NCBI GenBank assembly: GCA_016235675.1
Contig: JACRJN010000002.1
Coordinates: 1-62,964 of the forward strand
Direction: 5' to 3'
Length of the DNA: 62,964 nt
From: Candidatus Schekmanbacteria bacterium
GTDB taxonomy: Bacteria; SZUA-182
In this document: in pieces, positions 10,466 through 18,498 of the stretch
How positions within the stretch are numbered: position 1 is the stretch's first letter
How the letters are laid out: each line of letters starts with the position of its first letter
Translations under genes and position numbers: made by a program
Notes under the pieces: generated by a model
The model's database searches: none
What the model saw: only the letters and a program-made list of their open reading frames with translations
What the model was told of the DNA's origin: nothing

Positions 10466-10494
10466 TTGACGGTTATGGCTTTTTATGCTAAAGT
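10466..10494 (+). promoter_or_regulatory. Candidate sigma-70 promoter upstream of tRNA-Ser
   Basis: TTGACG (10466-10471), 17-nt spacer, TAAAGT (10489-10494). About 85 nt upstream of the tRNA. Confidence 0.35.
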
Positions 10495-10577
10495 AACATC
10501 CTATTATTTTTGGATGTTTCCTGCCAAGATGCGCAAAAGCTTTGCAAATTTTTTCGCTTTCTGCAAAATTAGCATGA

Positions 10578-10670
10578 GGAGAGATGTCCGAGAGGCCGAA
10601 GGAGCACGACTGGAAATCGTGTAGGCAGCCAAAAGCCGCCTCGGGGGTTCGACTCCCCCTCTCTCCGCCA
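10578..10670 (+). tRNA. tRNA-Ser (anticodon GGA), class II with a long variable arm, CCA encoded
   Basis: Acceptor GGAGAGA/TCTCTCC. Anticodon stem CACGA/TCGTG with loop CTGGAAA. T-arm GGGGGTTCGACTCCCCC. Confidence 0.9.
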
Positions 10671-10693
10671 TTCCAAGTGAATGGGAATCCCTT

Positions 10694-11116
10694 ATGGAAA
10701 AAATAAATGCACAGAAAAAATTGTTGCGGGAGTATTTTTCAAAGCAGACTGATATTTTGATGGCATTTATTTTCGGCTCTTACGCCAAAGGCCGGGCGCT
10801 GGTGGAATCCGATGTCGATATAGCTGTTTATTTTAAACCGCAAAATCAGCAGGTTGAATGGGAAATAGATAAAAAATATGCAGATGAGAGTCAAATCTGG
10901 CTGGAGGTGGAACGAATCGTCAAGAAAAATGTGGATTTGCTGGTTTTAAACCGGGCGTTCTCCACTGTCGCCTTCGAGGTTTTGCGAACCGGCGTCCCGA
11001 TTATCATTAAAGACCGGCGGCTTTATCTGAGATTTTTTTCCCGTGTCAGCTTTGAGGCCATGGATTTTATGGAAATGGCGGACGATTATTGGGCGATTGA
11101 AGAACGTTCCGGTTAG
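10694..11116 (+). CDS. Nucleotidyltransferase-domain protein (MNT-like), with no adjacent HEPN/DUF86 partner
   Basis: FIFGSYAKGRALVESDVDIAVYF is the Pol-beta-type NTase motif (GS..DxD). Confidence 0.7.
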   Translation: MEKINAQKKLLREYFSKQTDILMAFIFGSYAKGRALVESDVDIAVYFKPQNQQVEWEIDKKYADESQIWLEVERIVKKNVDLLVLNRAFSTVAFEVLRTGVPIIIKDRRLYLRFFSRVSFEAMDFMEMADDYWAIEERSG

Positions 11117-11163
11117 GAGTCAGAATACAGGAGTCAGAATTCTGGCTCCTGATTTCTGACTCC
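11116..11163. repeat. Heptad-type hairpin GGAGTCAGAATACAGGAGTCAGAATTCTGGCTCCTGATTTCTGACTCC
   Basis: Arms are complementary. The right arm has TGA 7 nt apart. The upstream gene's TAG stop lies at its edge. Confidence 0.7.
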
Positions 11164-11187
11164 TAATATTTTTAAATTTTAATCATT

Positions 11188-11459
11188 GGCCGTGCTAGAT
11201 GGGGAGGTAGCGGTGCCCTGTACCCGAAATCCGCTTCATGCGGGGTTGAATTCCTGCCCCCGGATAATTGCGCCGTTTGTTCGAAACCGGTTGATCGGTA
11301 ATGAAATTTGGGTCCTGTGCAATCAAGAGTTACGAACCCCGTCAGGTCCGGAAGGAAGCAGCGGTAAGTAAAATCCTTGATGTGCCGCGGGGCAGCCTGA
11401 ATGGAACCGGGATGCCGGGCAAGGCAGGCGGCAGATTGTTCAACGGCAGGTGCACGGCC
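11188..11459 (+). ncRNA. ffs: Signal recognition particle RNA, long (Alu-domain-containing) form
   Basis: Conserved domain IV GTCAGGTCCGGAAGGAAGCAGC. Ends GGCCGTGC..GCACGGCC pair. Sits directly upstream of dnaX as in Bacillus. About 272 nt. Confidence 0.8.
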
Positions 11460-11466
11460 TTAAATA

Positions 11467-11548
11467 GTGCTGAGGACTGAGGACTGAGTTCTTTTCGGCA
11501 AGCCGAAATAATAAATTTAAACTCAGTCCTCAGCACTCAGTCCTTTTT
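11467..11548 (+). terminator. Family G heptad hairpin plus T-run, a likely terminator for ffs
   Basis: GTGCTGAGGACTGAGGACTGAGT .. ACTCAGTCCTCAGCACTCAGTCC followed by TTTTT. TGA at 11471, 11478, 11485. Confidence 0.45.
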
Positions 11549-11562
11549 CAGGTGATACCAGC

Positions 11563-13263
11563 TTGAGTTATTTGGTTATTGCGCGTAAATGGCGACCTCA
11601 AGGCTTCGATGCCGTAATCGGCCAGGAACACATTACCAGAACTTTGAAAAATGCCATAACCGCCCAAAAAATTGCTCACGCCTACTTATTTTCCGGCCCC
11701 AGAGGGGTAGGCAAAACCACGACCGCCCGGATATTGGCCAAAGCCCTCAATTGCGAACACGGCCCCAGCGTCGAACCCTGCAATCAATGCACCATCTGCC
11801 GGGAGATCACCTGCGGCAATTCGCTGGATATTATCGAGATCGACGGCGCTTCCAATAACAGCGTGGACGATGTGCGCGACCTGCGGGAACGGGTGCGCTA
11901 TACCCCCAATCAGGCCAAATATAAGGTTTATATCATCGACGAAGTGCACATGCTCTCCACTTCGGCCTTCAATGCCCTGCTCAAAACCCTGGAAGAGCCG
12001 CCCGCCCATGTCATTTTCATTATGGCCACCACGGAAGTGCAAAAGATACCGGCCACCATCTTATCCCGCTGTCAGCATTTTGCTTTCCGCCGCATTTCCA
12101 CCGCCAAAATTGTATCCTGCCTGCAAGAGATCACCCGGCAGGAAAATGTCAAAATTACCCATGGCGCTTTAAGCTTAATCGCCCGCGCCGGGGACGGCAG
12201 TTTAAGGGATGCGGAAAGTATCCTGGAACAGGTGGTTTCCGGAAGTTGTGAAGTCGACGAAGAACTTGTCCTGGATTTGCTGGGGGTAATCGACCGGCGG
12301 CTGATAGCTCAGACCGCCGAATTCATCCTGCAAAAAAACGGGGCGCAAGTCTTGCTTCTCCTGGATCAAATCGTCAATTCCGGTTATAATTTGGGAGCCT
12401 TCTATCAGCAACTGCTGGAGCATTTCCGCAATCTTTTGCTGGCTAAGGTTTGCGGCGACGGCAATCTGCTTGAGGAGTTACCGGCGGAAGATCAGGCTTA
12501 TTTAAAAAAACGGGCATCTGATGTCAGCCAGGAAGAGATTTCCTTTATCGTTAAAATCCTGCTGGAGGCTGGAGATGTCTTGAAGAACGCCCCCCAGCCC
12601 CGTTTAACCCTGGAATTATACCTGACCCGCTTAACGCAAACCGTAAGTTTAACGCCGCTTTCGCAAATATTGGAACGGCTGATCGGGATGGAGCAGAGAA
12701 TCAGTGCTCAAGGATTTTCCCAACCTAAGCAGGTGTTTAATGCTCAGTCTGTTCTCAATCTGTCGACTGAAACGCCGACTCCAAAACCGTCAATTGCCAA
12801 ACAGGCGGAGACCCCGGCGGTTGCTAAAACACCGCAGGCGGAAAAACCTCAGTCTGTTTTCGCCGGTGAAGATAAACAGACGGTTTGGGATAAGATCGTC
12901 GCTAAAGTCAGCGAACGCAAAAAATCGCTGGCCACGATTTTATCCCACGGGGCTTTAAAAGAAATCAACGACAAAACGATCAGCATCGCCCTGGATAGCT
13001 CCTTTTACGTCAAGCAGGTGGAAGACGGAGAGAATAAAAAGGTATTGCTGGATGTACTGCAACAAGTTTTCCCATCTACCGTTAAACTGGTTGTATCCGA
13101 GGAATCCTTATCCCCCGGCCAATCCCTGAACGACCACAAGGAAAATAAACGGCAGGAACAATCGCTTAACCTGAAAAAAGAGGCCATGGCCGAACCGTTG
13201 GTCACCCAGGCATTGAATATTTTCCAGGCCGAATTGGTGGAGGCAAGGAAGATTAATTCTTGA
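11563..13263 (+). CDS. dnaX: DNA polymerase III subunit gamma/tau
   Basis: ARKWRPQGF, GPRGVGKTT, Zn module CNQCTICREITCG, DEVHMLS, SRCQHF. Confidence 0.9.
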   Translation: MSYLVIARKWRPQGFDAVIGQEHITRTLKNAITAQKIAHAYLFSGPRGVGKTTTARILAKALNCEHGPSVEPCNQCTICREITCGNSLDIIEIDGASNNSVDDVRDLRERVRYTPNQAKYKVYIIDEVHMLSTSAFNALLKTLEEPPAHVIFIMATTEVQKIPATILSRCQHFAFRRISTAKIVSCLQEITRQENVKITHGALSLIARAGDGSLRDAESILEQVVSGSCEVDEELVLDLLGVIDRRLIAQTAEFILQKNGAQVLLLLDQIVNSGYNLGAFYQQLLEHFRNLLLAKVCGDGNLLEELPAEDQAYLKKRASDVSQEEISFIVKILLEAGDVLKNAPQPRLTLELYLTRLTQTVSLTPLSQILERLIGMEQRISAQGFSQPKQVFNAQSVLNLSTETPTPKPSIAKQAETPAVAKTPQAEKPQSVFAGEDKQTVWDKIVAKVSERKKSLATILSHGALKEINDKTISIALDSSFYVKQVEDGENKKVLLDVLQQVFPSTVKLVVSEESLSPGQSLNDHKENKRQEQSLNLKKEAMAEPLVTQALNIFQAELVEARKINS

Positions 13264-13276
13264 TGTTTTGTAATAT

Positions 13277-13352
13277 TTGTAGGGTGGGCATTGCCCACAT
13301 CACAGGCAAGATGCCTGTGCTACCAATTGGTGGGCACAGCCCCCCCTACAAA
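13277..13352. repeat. Family D element (..GCCCACATCACAGGCAAGATGCCTGTGCTACC..)
   Basis: Shares the GCCCACATCACAGGCA(A/G)GATGCCTGTGCTACC core with 16504-16662 and 53925-54022. Confidence 0.8.
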
Positions 13353-13385
13353 TGCACAAAATAAACAGAAAGGCGGTAATTTCCT

Positions 13386-13703
13386 ATGATGAAGAAAGGC
13401 TTGGGGAACCTGGTAAAGCAGGCGCAACAGATGCAAAACAAGATGATGGCGGTGCAGGAGGAGACGGCGCAAAAGACCGTCGAGGCTTCATCCGGCGGCG
13501 GGATGGTGGTGGCCGTGGTCAATGGGCGGCAGGAGTTGATCAGCTTGACGATCAACCCGGAAGTGGTCGATCCCAAAGAGGTGGATATGCTGCAAGACCT
13601 GATTACTGCTGCGGTTAATAAGGCGTTGGCAGATTCGCAGGAGATGGTGCGGGAGGCGATTTCCTCGGTTACCGGCGGTATGAATATTCCTGGTTTGTTT
13701 TAA
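13386..13703 (+). CDS. ybaB: Nucleoid-associated protein YbaB/EbfC
   Basis: 105 aa. NLVKQAQQMQNKMMAVQEE..GGGMV.V..NG. Follows dnaX as usual. Confidence 0.9.
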   Translation: MMKKGLGNLVKQAQQMQNKMMAVQEETAQKTVEASSGGGMVVAVVNGRQELISLTINPEVVDPKEVDMLQDLITAAVNKALADSQEMVREAISSVTGGMNIPGLF

Positions 13704-13714
13704 TATTAATCAAT

Positions 13715-13983
13715 TCCCTCTCCCTCTGGGAGCATAAGCGCTAACTTAGGCAAGTTAGAGGTGCAAAACAAGCCCCTTCCCCCTTGAGGGGGGAAGGTTG
13801 GGATGGGGGTGTATTATGGATGAAAGCATATAAATCAACAAGCTGGTTTCTGCTCACAATCACCCCCACCCTATCCCTCCCCCCTCAGAGGGGGAGGGGA
13901 AAGTGTTACGTTAGCGCTTATACCCTCTGGGAGAGGGTTTTTGTACCCTCATCCCGACCTTCTCCCAAAGGGAGAAGGGGAGG
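13715..13983. repeat. Family F composite (CCCTCTCCCTCTGGGAG.., GGGAAGGTTGGGATGGGGG, GTACCCTCATCCC..TTCTCCC.AGGGAGAAGG)
   Basis: Several internally complementary G/C-word blocks. Related copies at 18046-18308, 24396-24497 and 26243-26389. Confidence 0.75.
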
Positions 13984-14022
13984 AAAAATACAGAAATAAG
14001 CCGTTTTTCAAGGGGCATTAAA

Positions 14023-14304
14023 ATGCAATTAATCAATATCGGGTTCGGCAATGTGGTAGTGGCGGCAAGAATCATCGCGATTTTGGCTCCGGCTTCGGCT
14101 CCGATGAAACGGTTAAAAGAGGAAGCCAAAAAACTGGCCAAGCTGGTGGATGCGACCCAGGGACGACGCACCAGGGCAATCATTGTAACGGACAGCGATC
14201 ATGTAATTCTTTCCGCCGTTCAGCCGGAAACAATCTCCCAACGCTTAACCAATAATGACCTGGTTGAAAACGGAAAAATAAAAAGGGACGAAATTGAAGC
14301 TTGA
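14023..14304 (+). CDS. remA: RemA/DUF370 family regulator
   Basis: [64 protein letters not shown]. Sits upstream of gmk as in Bacillus. Confidence 0.85.
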   Translation: MQLINIGFGNVVVAARIIAILAPASAPMKRLKEEAKKLAKLVDATQGRRTRAIIVTDSDHVILSAVQPETISQRLTNNDLVENGKIKRDEIEA

Positions 14305-14899
14305 ACAACTTATAGCCGAATATCGTCAAAAGCCAAGCCAGGGGCGGATTTTTATCCTCTCCGGCCCTTCCGGAGCAGGAAAAACTTTGCTGTCCCGCAA
14401 GATATTGACGTTATTCCCCGATATGCTGTTGTCAGTTTCCTATACCACACGCAAACAGCGTCCGCAGGAGGTTGATGGCCGGGACTATTTTTTCCTTACC
14501 CCTGAGGATTTCCAGCGTAAAATCGATCAAGGCGATTTTTTGGAATGGGCGATTGTTCACGGCCAAAAATACGGCACTTGCCGCAAATGGGTAACAGAGA
14601 AGCTGAACCAGGGACACGATGTGATTTTAGAGATAGACGTACAAGGGGCGGAACAGGTGCAGCGGCAAAATTTACCCGCGTGTTCGATTTTTGTAGCGCC
14701 GCCCTCCATGGAAATTTTGCTCCGGCGTTTAAAAGGGCGTAAAAACGAGGCGGAAATGGACATCGCCAAACGCTTGAAAAACGCCGAAGCGGAAATCCAA
14801 AAAGCCCCCGATTACCAATATTTGATCATAAACGATGTATTGTCTGAAGCGGTAGAGCAATTGGCGTCTATTATCAGAGCACAGAGATGCAGGCTCTAG
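14294..14899 (+). CDS. gmk: Guanylate kinase
   Basis: [12 protein letters not shown]-loop, [19 protein letters not shown]. Confidence 0.9.
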   Translation: MKLEQLIAEYRQKPSQGRIFILSGPSGAGKTLLSRKILTLFPDMLLSVSYTTRKQRPQEVDGRDYFFLTPEDFQRKIDQGDFLEWAIVHGQKYGTCRKWVTEKLNQGHDVILEIDVQGAEQVQRQNLPACSIFVAPPSMEILLRRLKGRKNEAEMDIAKRLKNAEAEIQKAPDYQYLIINDVLSEAVEQLASIIRAQRCRL

Positions 14900-14995
14900 G
14901 CTATGGGCTTTAGGCTTTGGGTTAAAACCGAAAAAAAGTGGGTGCAACCCACTCTGCTTTTTAGCCTAAAGCCCGGAGCCTATAGCCCAAAGCCT
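14891..14995. repeat. Family H heptad hairpin with 7-nt-phased TAG/TAA units and an inner terminator-like stem
   Basis: AGGCTCTAGGCTATGGGCTTTAGGCTTTGGG pairs with AGCCTAAAGCCCGGAGCCTATAGCCCAAAGCCT. The gmk TAG stop lies in the left arm. Confidence 0.75.
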
Positions 14996-15029
14996 ATCTT
15001 CCCTTAACTTAAAACGAGGTTAACAATTC

Positions 15030-15332
15030 ATGGCAGAACAAAGTACATTGATTCAAAGCGATTCGCGTTATGCGCGTGTAATGACTATCGCCCGCCGCGC
15101 CCGTCAGATTATGCGGGAATCCAAAGATAAACGTTTACAGCCTGCTGATGTAGCTTTAGGCAAATTCGGGGCGCATAAACCGATTAAACTGGCTGAGGAA
15201 GAACTAAAAGCCGGGTTTGTAGGCTTTAAACTGCGCGACAGCTTGAAATCCTATACCGACAGCCTGTCTAAACCGGTCAAGACCACCCCCTCTATCGACA
15301 CCTTCGGCAAAGATGAAGAATCTGGAGAATAA
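15030..15332 (+). CDS. rpoZ: DNA-directed RNA polymerase subunit omega
   Basis: SRYARVMTIARRARQI motif. Position between gmk and coaBC. Confidence 0.8.
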   Translation: MAEQSTLIQSDSRYARVMTIARRARQIMRESKDKRLQPADVALGKFGAHKPIKLAEEELKAGFVGFKLRDSLKSYTDSLSKPVKTTPSIDTFGKDEESGE

Positions 15333-16503
15333 ACGCATCATATTGGGAGTAACCGGAAGCATCGCCGCCTACAAAGCGGCGCAACTGGCGCGCGATCTGC
15401 AAAGGGATAAATTGCAGGTGCAGGTGGTAATGACCCAAGCCGCCGCCCGGTTCATCACCCCCCTTACCATGCAGACCATTTCGGGGCATGAGGTCTTTAT
15501 CGAGACCTTTCCGGCAGAGCACAAACAAACCTTAGCCCACATCAATCTGGCGCAGAATGCGGATTTGCTGCTGATTGCCCCGGCCACGGCCAACACTATC
15601 GCCAAAATTGCGGCGGGGATGGCCGATAATCTGCTGACCGCTCTGTATCTGGCCAACCGCGCTCCGGTATTAGTCGCTCCGGCGATGAATTGTAACATGT
15701 ACACCCATCCCGCCGTACAAAGCAATATCCGGCTGTTAAAGGAACGGGGCGTGCATTTTATCGATCCGGAGACAGGCAGTCTGGCTTGCGGGGTGGAAGG
15801 CCAGGGACGGCTGGCGGAACTCTCATCCATAGTGGACAGGGTACGGCAGATTTTAAGTGCCGGGCCATCGCTTTCCGGACTTAAAGTGACGATTACCGCA
15901 GGCCCCACCTGGGAACCGATCGATGACTTGCGCTTTATCGCCAACCGCTCTTCCGGCAAAATGGGCTATGCCCTGGCCGAAGAAGCACGACGAAGATCGG
16001 CACAGGTGACGTTAATCAGCGGCCCCACCAATTTACAGCCCCCGCACGGTGTGACCTTGCGTTTCGTTGAGACTGCCCATCAAATGAAAGAGGCGCTGGA
16101 GCAGGAGTTGCCGCAAACGCAGCTTTTGATTATGGCGGCGGCGGTGGCTGACTATACCCCGGCAAATCAGGCGACGGGGAAGATCAAGAAAACCAATGCC
16201 GAATTGGAATTGAAGCTAACTCCAACGGTGGATATTTTAGCCGACATCGGCAGGCGGGACCACAAGCCGATTCTTATCGGTTTTGCTGCCGAAAGCGACG
16301 ATGTTATCCAAAACGCCCGCAAAAAGCTAAACTCCAAAGGCTTGGATCTGATTGTAGTTAATCATATTAATTATGCGGGCGGCAATGATGATCGGATCAC
16401 CATTATAGAAAAAGACGGACATCAAACCGATTTTCCCCTGATGGCTAAAGGGGAATGCGCCCGCGTTATTTGGGATAAGATTGAAGAAGCACTTTTAAAG
16501 TAG
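15313..16503 (+). CDS. coaBC: Bifunctional phosphopantothenoylcysteine decarboxylase / phosphopantothenate-cysteine ligase
   Basis: ILGVTGSIAAYKA flavoprotein N-domain, PAMNCNMY, ITAGPTWEPIDDLRFIANRSSGKMG CoaB domain. Confidence 0.9.
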   Translation: MKNLENKRIILGVTGSIAAYKAAQLARDLQRDKLQVQVVMTQAAARFITPLTMQTISGHEVFIETFPAEHKQTLAHINLAQNADLLLIAPATANTIAKIAAGMADNLLTALYLANRAPVLVAPAMNCNMYTHPAVQSNIRLLKERGVHFIDPETGSLACGVEGQGRLAELSSIVDRVRQILSAGPSLSGLKVTITAGPTWEPIDDLRFIANRSSGKMGYALAEEARRRSAQVTLISGPTNLQPPHGVTLRFVETAHQMKEALEQELPQTQLLIMAAAVADYTPANQATGKIKKTNAELELKLTPTVDILADIGRRDHKPILIGFAAESDDVIQNARKKLNSKGLDLIVVNHINYAGGNDDRITIIEKDGHQTDFPLMAKGECARVIWDKIEEALLK

Positions 16504-16662
16504 CTGTGCCCACCATTTGGTAGCACAGGCTGGTAGCACAGGCTTCCAGCCTGTGTATTGCGGCATAGAATGGAAGCTTTCGCTTTAACCCACAACTTCC
16601 AGTAATTGTGCCGTTTTTGTGTGGGCGTTGCCCACATCACAGGCAAGATGCCTGTGCTACCG
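16504..16662. repeat. Family D element, long form
   Basis: TGGTAGCACAGGCTTCCAGCCTGTGT .. AATTGTGCCGTTTTTGTGTGGGCGTTGCCCACATCACAGGCAAGATGCCTGTGCTACCG. Near-identical to 53925-54022. Confidence 0.85.
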
Positions 16663-16689
16663 TATAGACATATAAGGAGGCCGTAACCC

Positions 16690-17319
16690 ATGGAAAAGTT
16701 CGAACTGCGTACCTATACCTTCATAGACAGCTTGCAGCCCCAGTTAGCTCAATTTATCGCCAAGGATAACCGGGTTTACGACCCCAGCGAGTTTGACGCC
16801 GCTCTTTTCCTGGAAATCGCCCCGGCTATGGAAATCCACACCATGATCGATATGGCGCTGAAAGCCACCAAGGTACGTTTGGGAGCGGTAGTAACCGAGC
16901 GCCAGTTCGGTTTGCTGGAAGTACATCATGCCGATCAGGGGGAAGTTCAGGAAGCGGGGCAGGCGATTTTAAGGGCGACGGGATTGAAAATAACCGATCG
17001 GGCAGAAGTCAAAATTCTGACCAATAAAATTATCCGCGGCGTCGAGCAGGATCATGCGATCTTTTTTACCGGCGCGGCCAAAGGTAACATGGTGTTGGCG
17101 GGAGAATCAGTCTTGATTTTGGAAACAACGCCTGCGGCATTTTTAGCCATTGCCTGCAATGAGGCGCTCAAGGCCGCCAGAATTAAACTGATTACCGTCC
17201 AGCCCTTCGGTGCCTCCGGACGTCTGGTGTTAAGCGGCCCGGAATCGGAAATCGATTCGGCGGCGGAAGCGGCTCTGCGCACGTTGGAAGTGCTTAATCA
17301 GGAAAAAAGACAGGGGTAG
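16690..17319 (+). CDS. Tandem BMC-like (bacterial microcompartment shell, BMC-T-like) domain protein
   Basis: Two ~90-aa repeats with the BMC pattern: LFLEIAPAMEIHTMIDMALKATKVRL..FGLLEV..G.VQEAG and LILETTPAAFLAIACNEALKAARIKL..GASGRLVLSG..EIDSAAEAAL. Confidence 0.5.
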   Translation: MEKFELRTYTFIDSLQPQLAQFIAKDNRVYDPSEFDAALFLEIAPAMEIHTMIDMALKATKVRLGAVVTERQFGLLEVHHADQGEVQEAGQAILRATGLKITDRAEVKILTNKIIRGVEQDHAIFFTGAAKGNMVLAGESVLILETTPAAFLAIACNEALKAARIKLITVQPFGASGRLVLSGPESEIDSAAEAALRTLEVLNQEKRQG

Positions 17320-17358
17320 ATTTTTTTTTGGGGTTTTATTTAAATTTAAGGAGACTAA

Positions 17359-18000
17359 GTGCGGGAACCGGTTGTCAATTATGTAAAAGATATTATCCAG
17401 CGGTATCAATTCGAAGAACCGGTACTGGATACTTGTTCCGGGTGGGAACCCAATTACTATCAACCACTTTTTCCCGGCAAAAAATTTCTCAAGCAGGACA
17501 TGCGCGACTTTGACCCGCCCTGTATCGATATTCTTTGCAGTATTACCGACATGCAGCCCATCGCCGACAACAGTATCGGCTTGGTTTTGAATCTGGAAGC
17601 CTTGCAGCACATCGATTACCCGCAAAAGGCCATCGATGAAATCTACCGCATCCTCCAGCCCAACGGGATGGTAATTTTATCCACTCATATGTACTGGCCG
17701 ATAATGTATCATCCCAGGGATTATTGGCGTTTCTGCCCCCACGGTTTGGAATTAATGCTGAGTAAATTTAAAATTCTCGATTTTACTATGGAAGGGGATG
17801 AACATCATCCGACTGGGCTTTGGATAACGGCGCAGAAGAGTGCGGATACCCCGAATTTGGGCAAATTACCTCCCGCAAGACATGCACGGATTGCTACCAA
17901 TTGGGCTTGGTACTGGCTGATTAAAAGACCGCTGGAAAAATTTTTTCACCTGGAAATAAAACGTCTTACCCCGGAATCAAAAATAATTCCTTTTAGATAG
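17359..18000 (+). CDS. Class I SAM-dependent methyltransferase-like protein
   Basis: GTG start 6 nt after AAGGAG. VLDTCSGW (motif I-like), LVLNLEALQHIDYPQKAIDEIYRILQPNGMVILS. Confidence 0.55.
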   Translation: MREPVVNYVKDIIQRYQFEEPVLDTCSGWEPNYYQPLFPGKKFLKQDMRDFDPPCIDILCSITDMQPIADNSIGLVLNLEALQHIDYPQKAIDEIYRILQPNGMVILSTHMYWPIMYHPRDYWRFCPHGLELMLSKFKILDFTMEGDEHHPTGLWITAQKSADTPNLGKLPPARHARIATNWAWYWLIKRPLEKFFHLEIKRLTPESKIIPFR

Positions 18001-18045
18001 AATTTTCCCGTCTTAAACCCAATACCGGTCACTTAAGCTAGCACA

Positions 18046-18308
18046 TTCCCTTTCCCCCTGGAAAAGGGTTAGGGTTAATGCCATTAAGTTAAGGAATTGT
18101 CATTGCGAGGCAGTCGTATCGCCGAAGCAATCTCAGACGCTCGATACCAGAGATTGCTTCGCTTAAGCTCGCAATGACAAATTATATAAAACGTTTCTAT
18201 TATAAAACAATTTTCCTTAACTAAATGGCATTGAGGGTGAGGGTACCATAATTTAATTTCTTAAGCTTTTGTACCCTCATCCCAACCTTCTCCCAGGGGG
18301 AGAAGGAG
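18046..18308. repeat. Nested composite: family F arms, then ATGCCATTAAGTTAAGG/CCTTAACTAAATGGCAT, then a family A element (18099-18178)
   Basis: Read directly. The A element sits at the centre of two outer palindrome layers. Confidence 0.8.
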
Positions 18309-18498
18309 TTTAAGTGAAATGTATTGGTTTTAAACCGGAGTATACAAAACACTTGATAGTTCCACCTGGGCGGTGTATTATAGCCCAGCTTTTTGATGTT
18401 TAAAATTAAACACCGCCAGGAATAAGTACCAGGCATAAAATAGTGTTGAAAACGCTCTATTTAGATATAATATTAAAACTGCTTAATACCGATCAAAG

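Noticed and set aside
11186-11371. 61-aa ORF between the NTase gene and dnaX
   Set aside because: It lies within the SRP RNA, which has the conserved GGTCCGGAAGGAAGCAGC motif and paired termini.
13704-14022. Searched for recR or a recR pseudogene after ybaB
   Set aside because: No frame gives RecR-like motifs (Cys4 zinc finger, Toprim). The interval is filled by family F repeat words.
18221-18436. Small ORFs sharing the peptide [25 protein letters not shown] (18221-18436, 26190-26381, and partly 13911-14183) that could pass for a small-protein family
   Set aside because: The shared peptide is just the translation of the family F repeat, read in either orientation. The ORFs have no RBS or start context and differ outside the repeat. 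The same applies to 809-1054, 13784-13999, 33785-34027, 39639-39968, 42349-42576 and 58251-58475.
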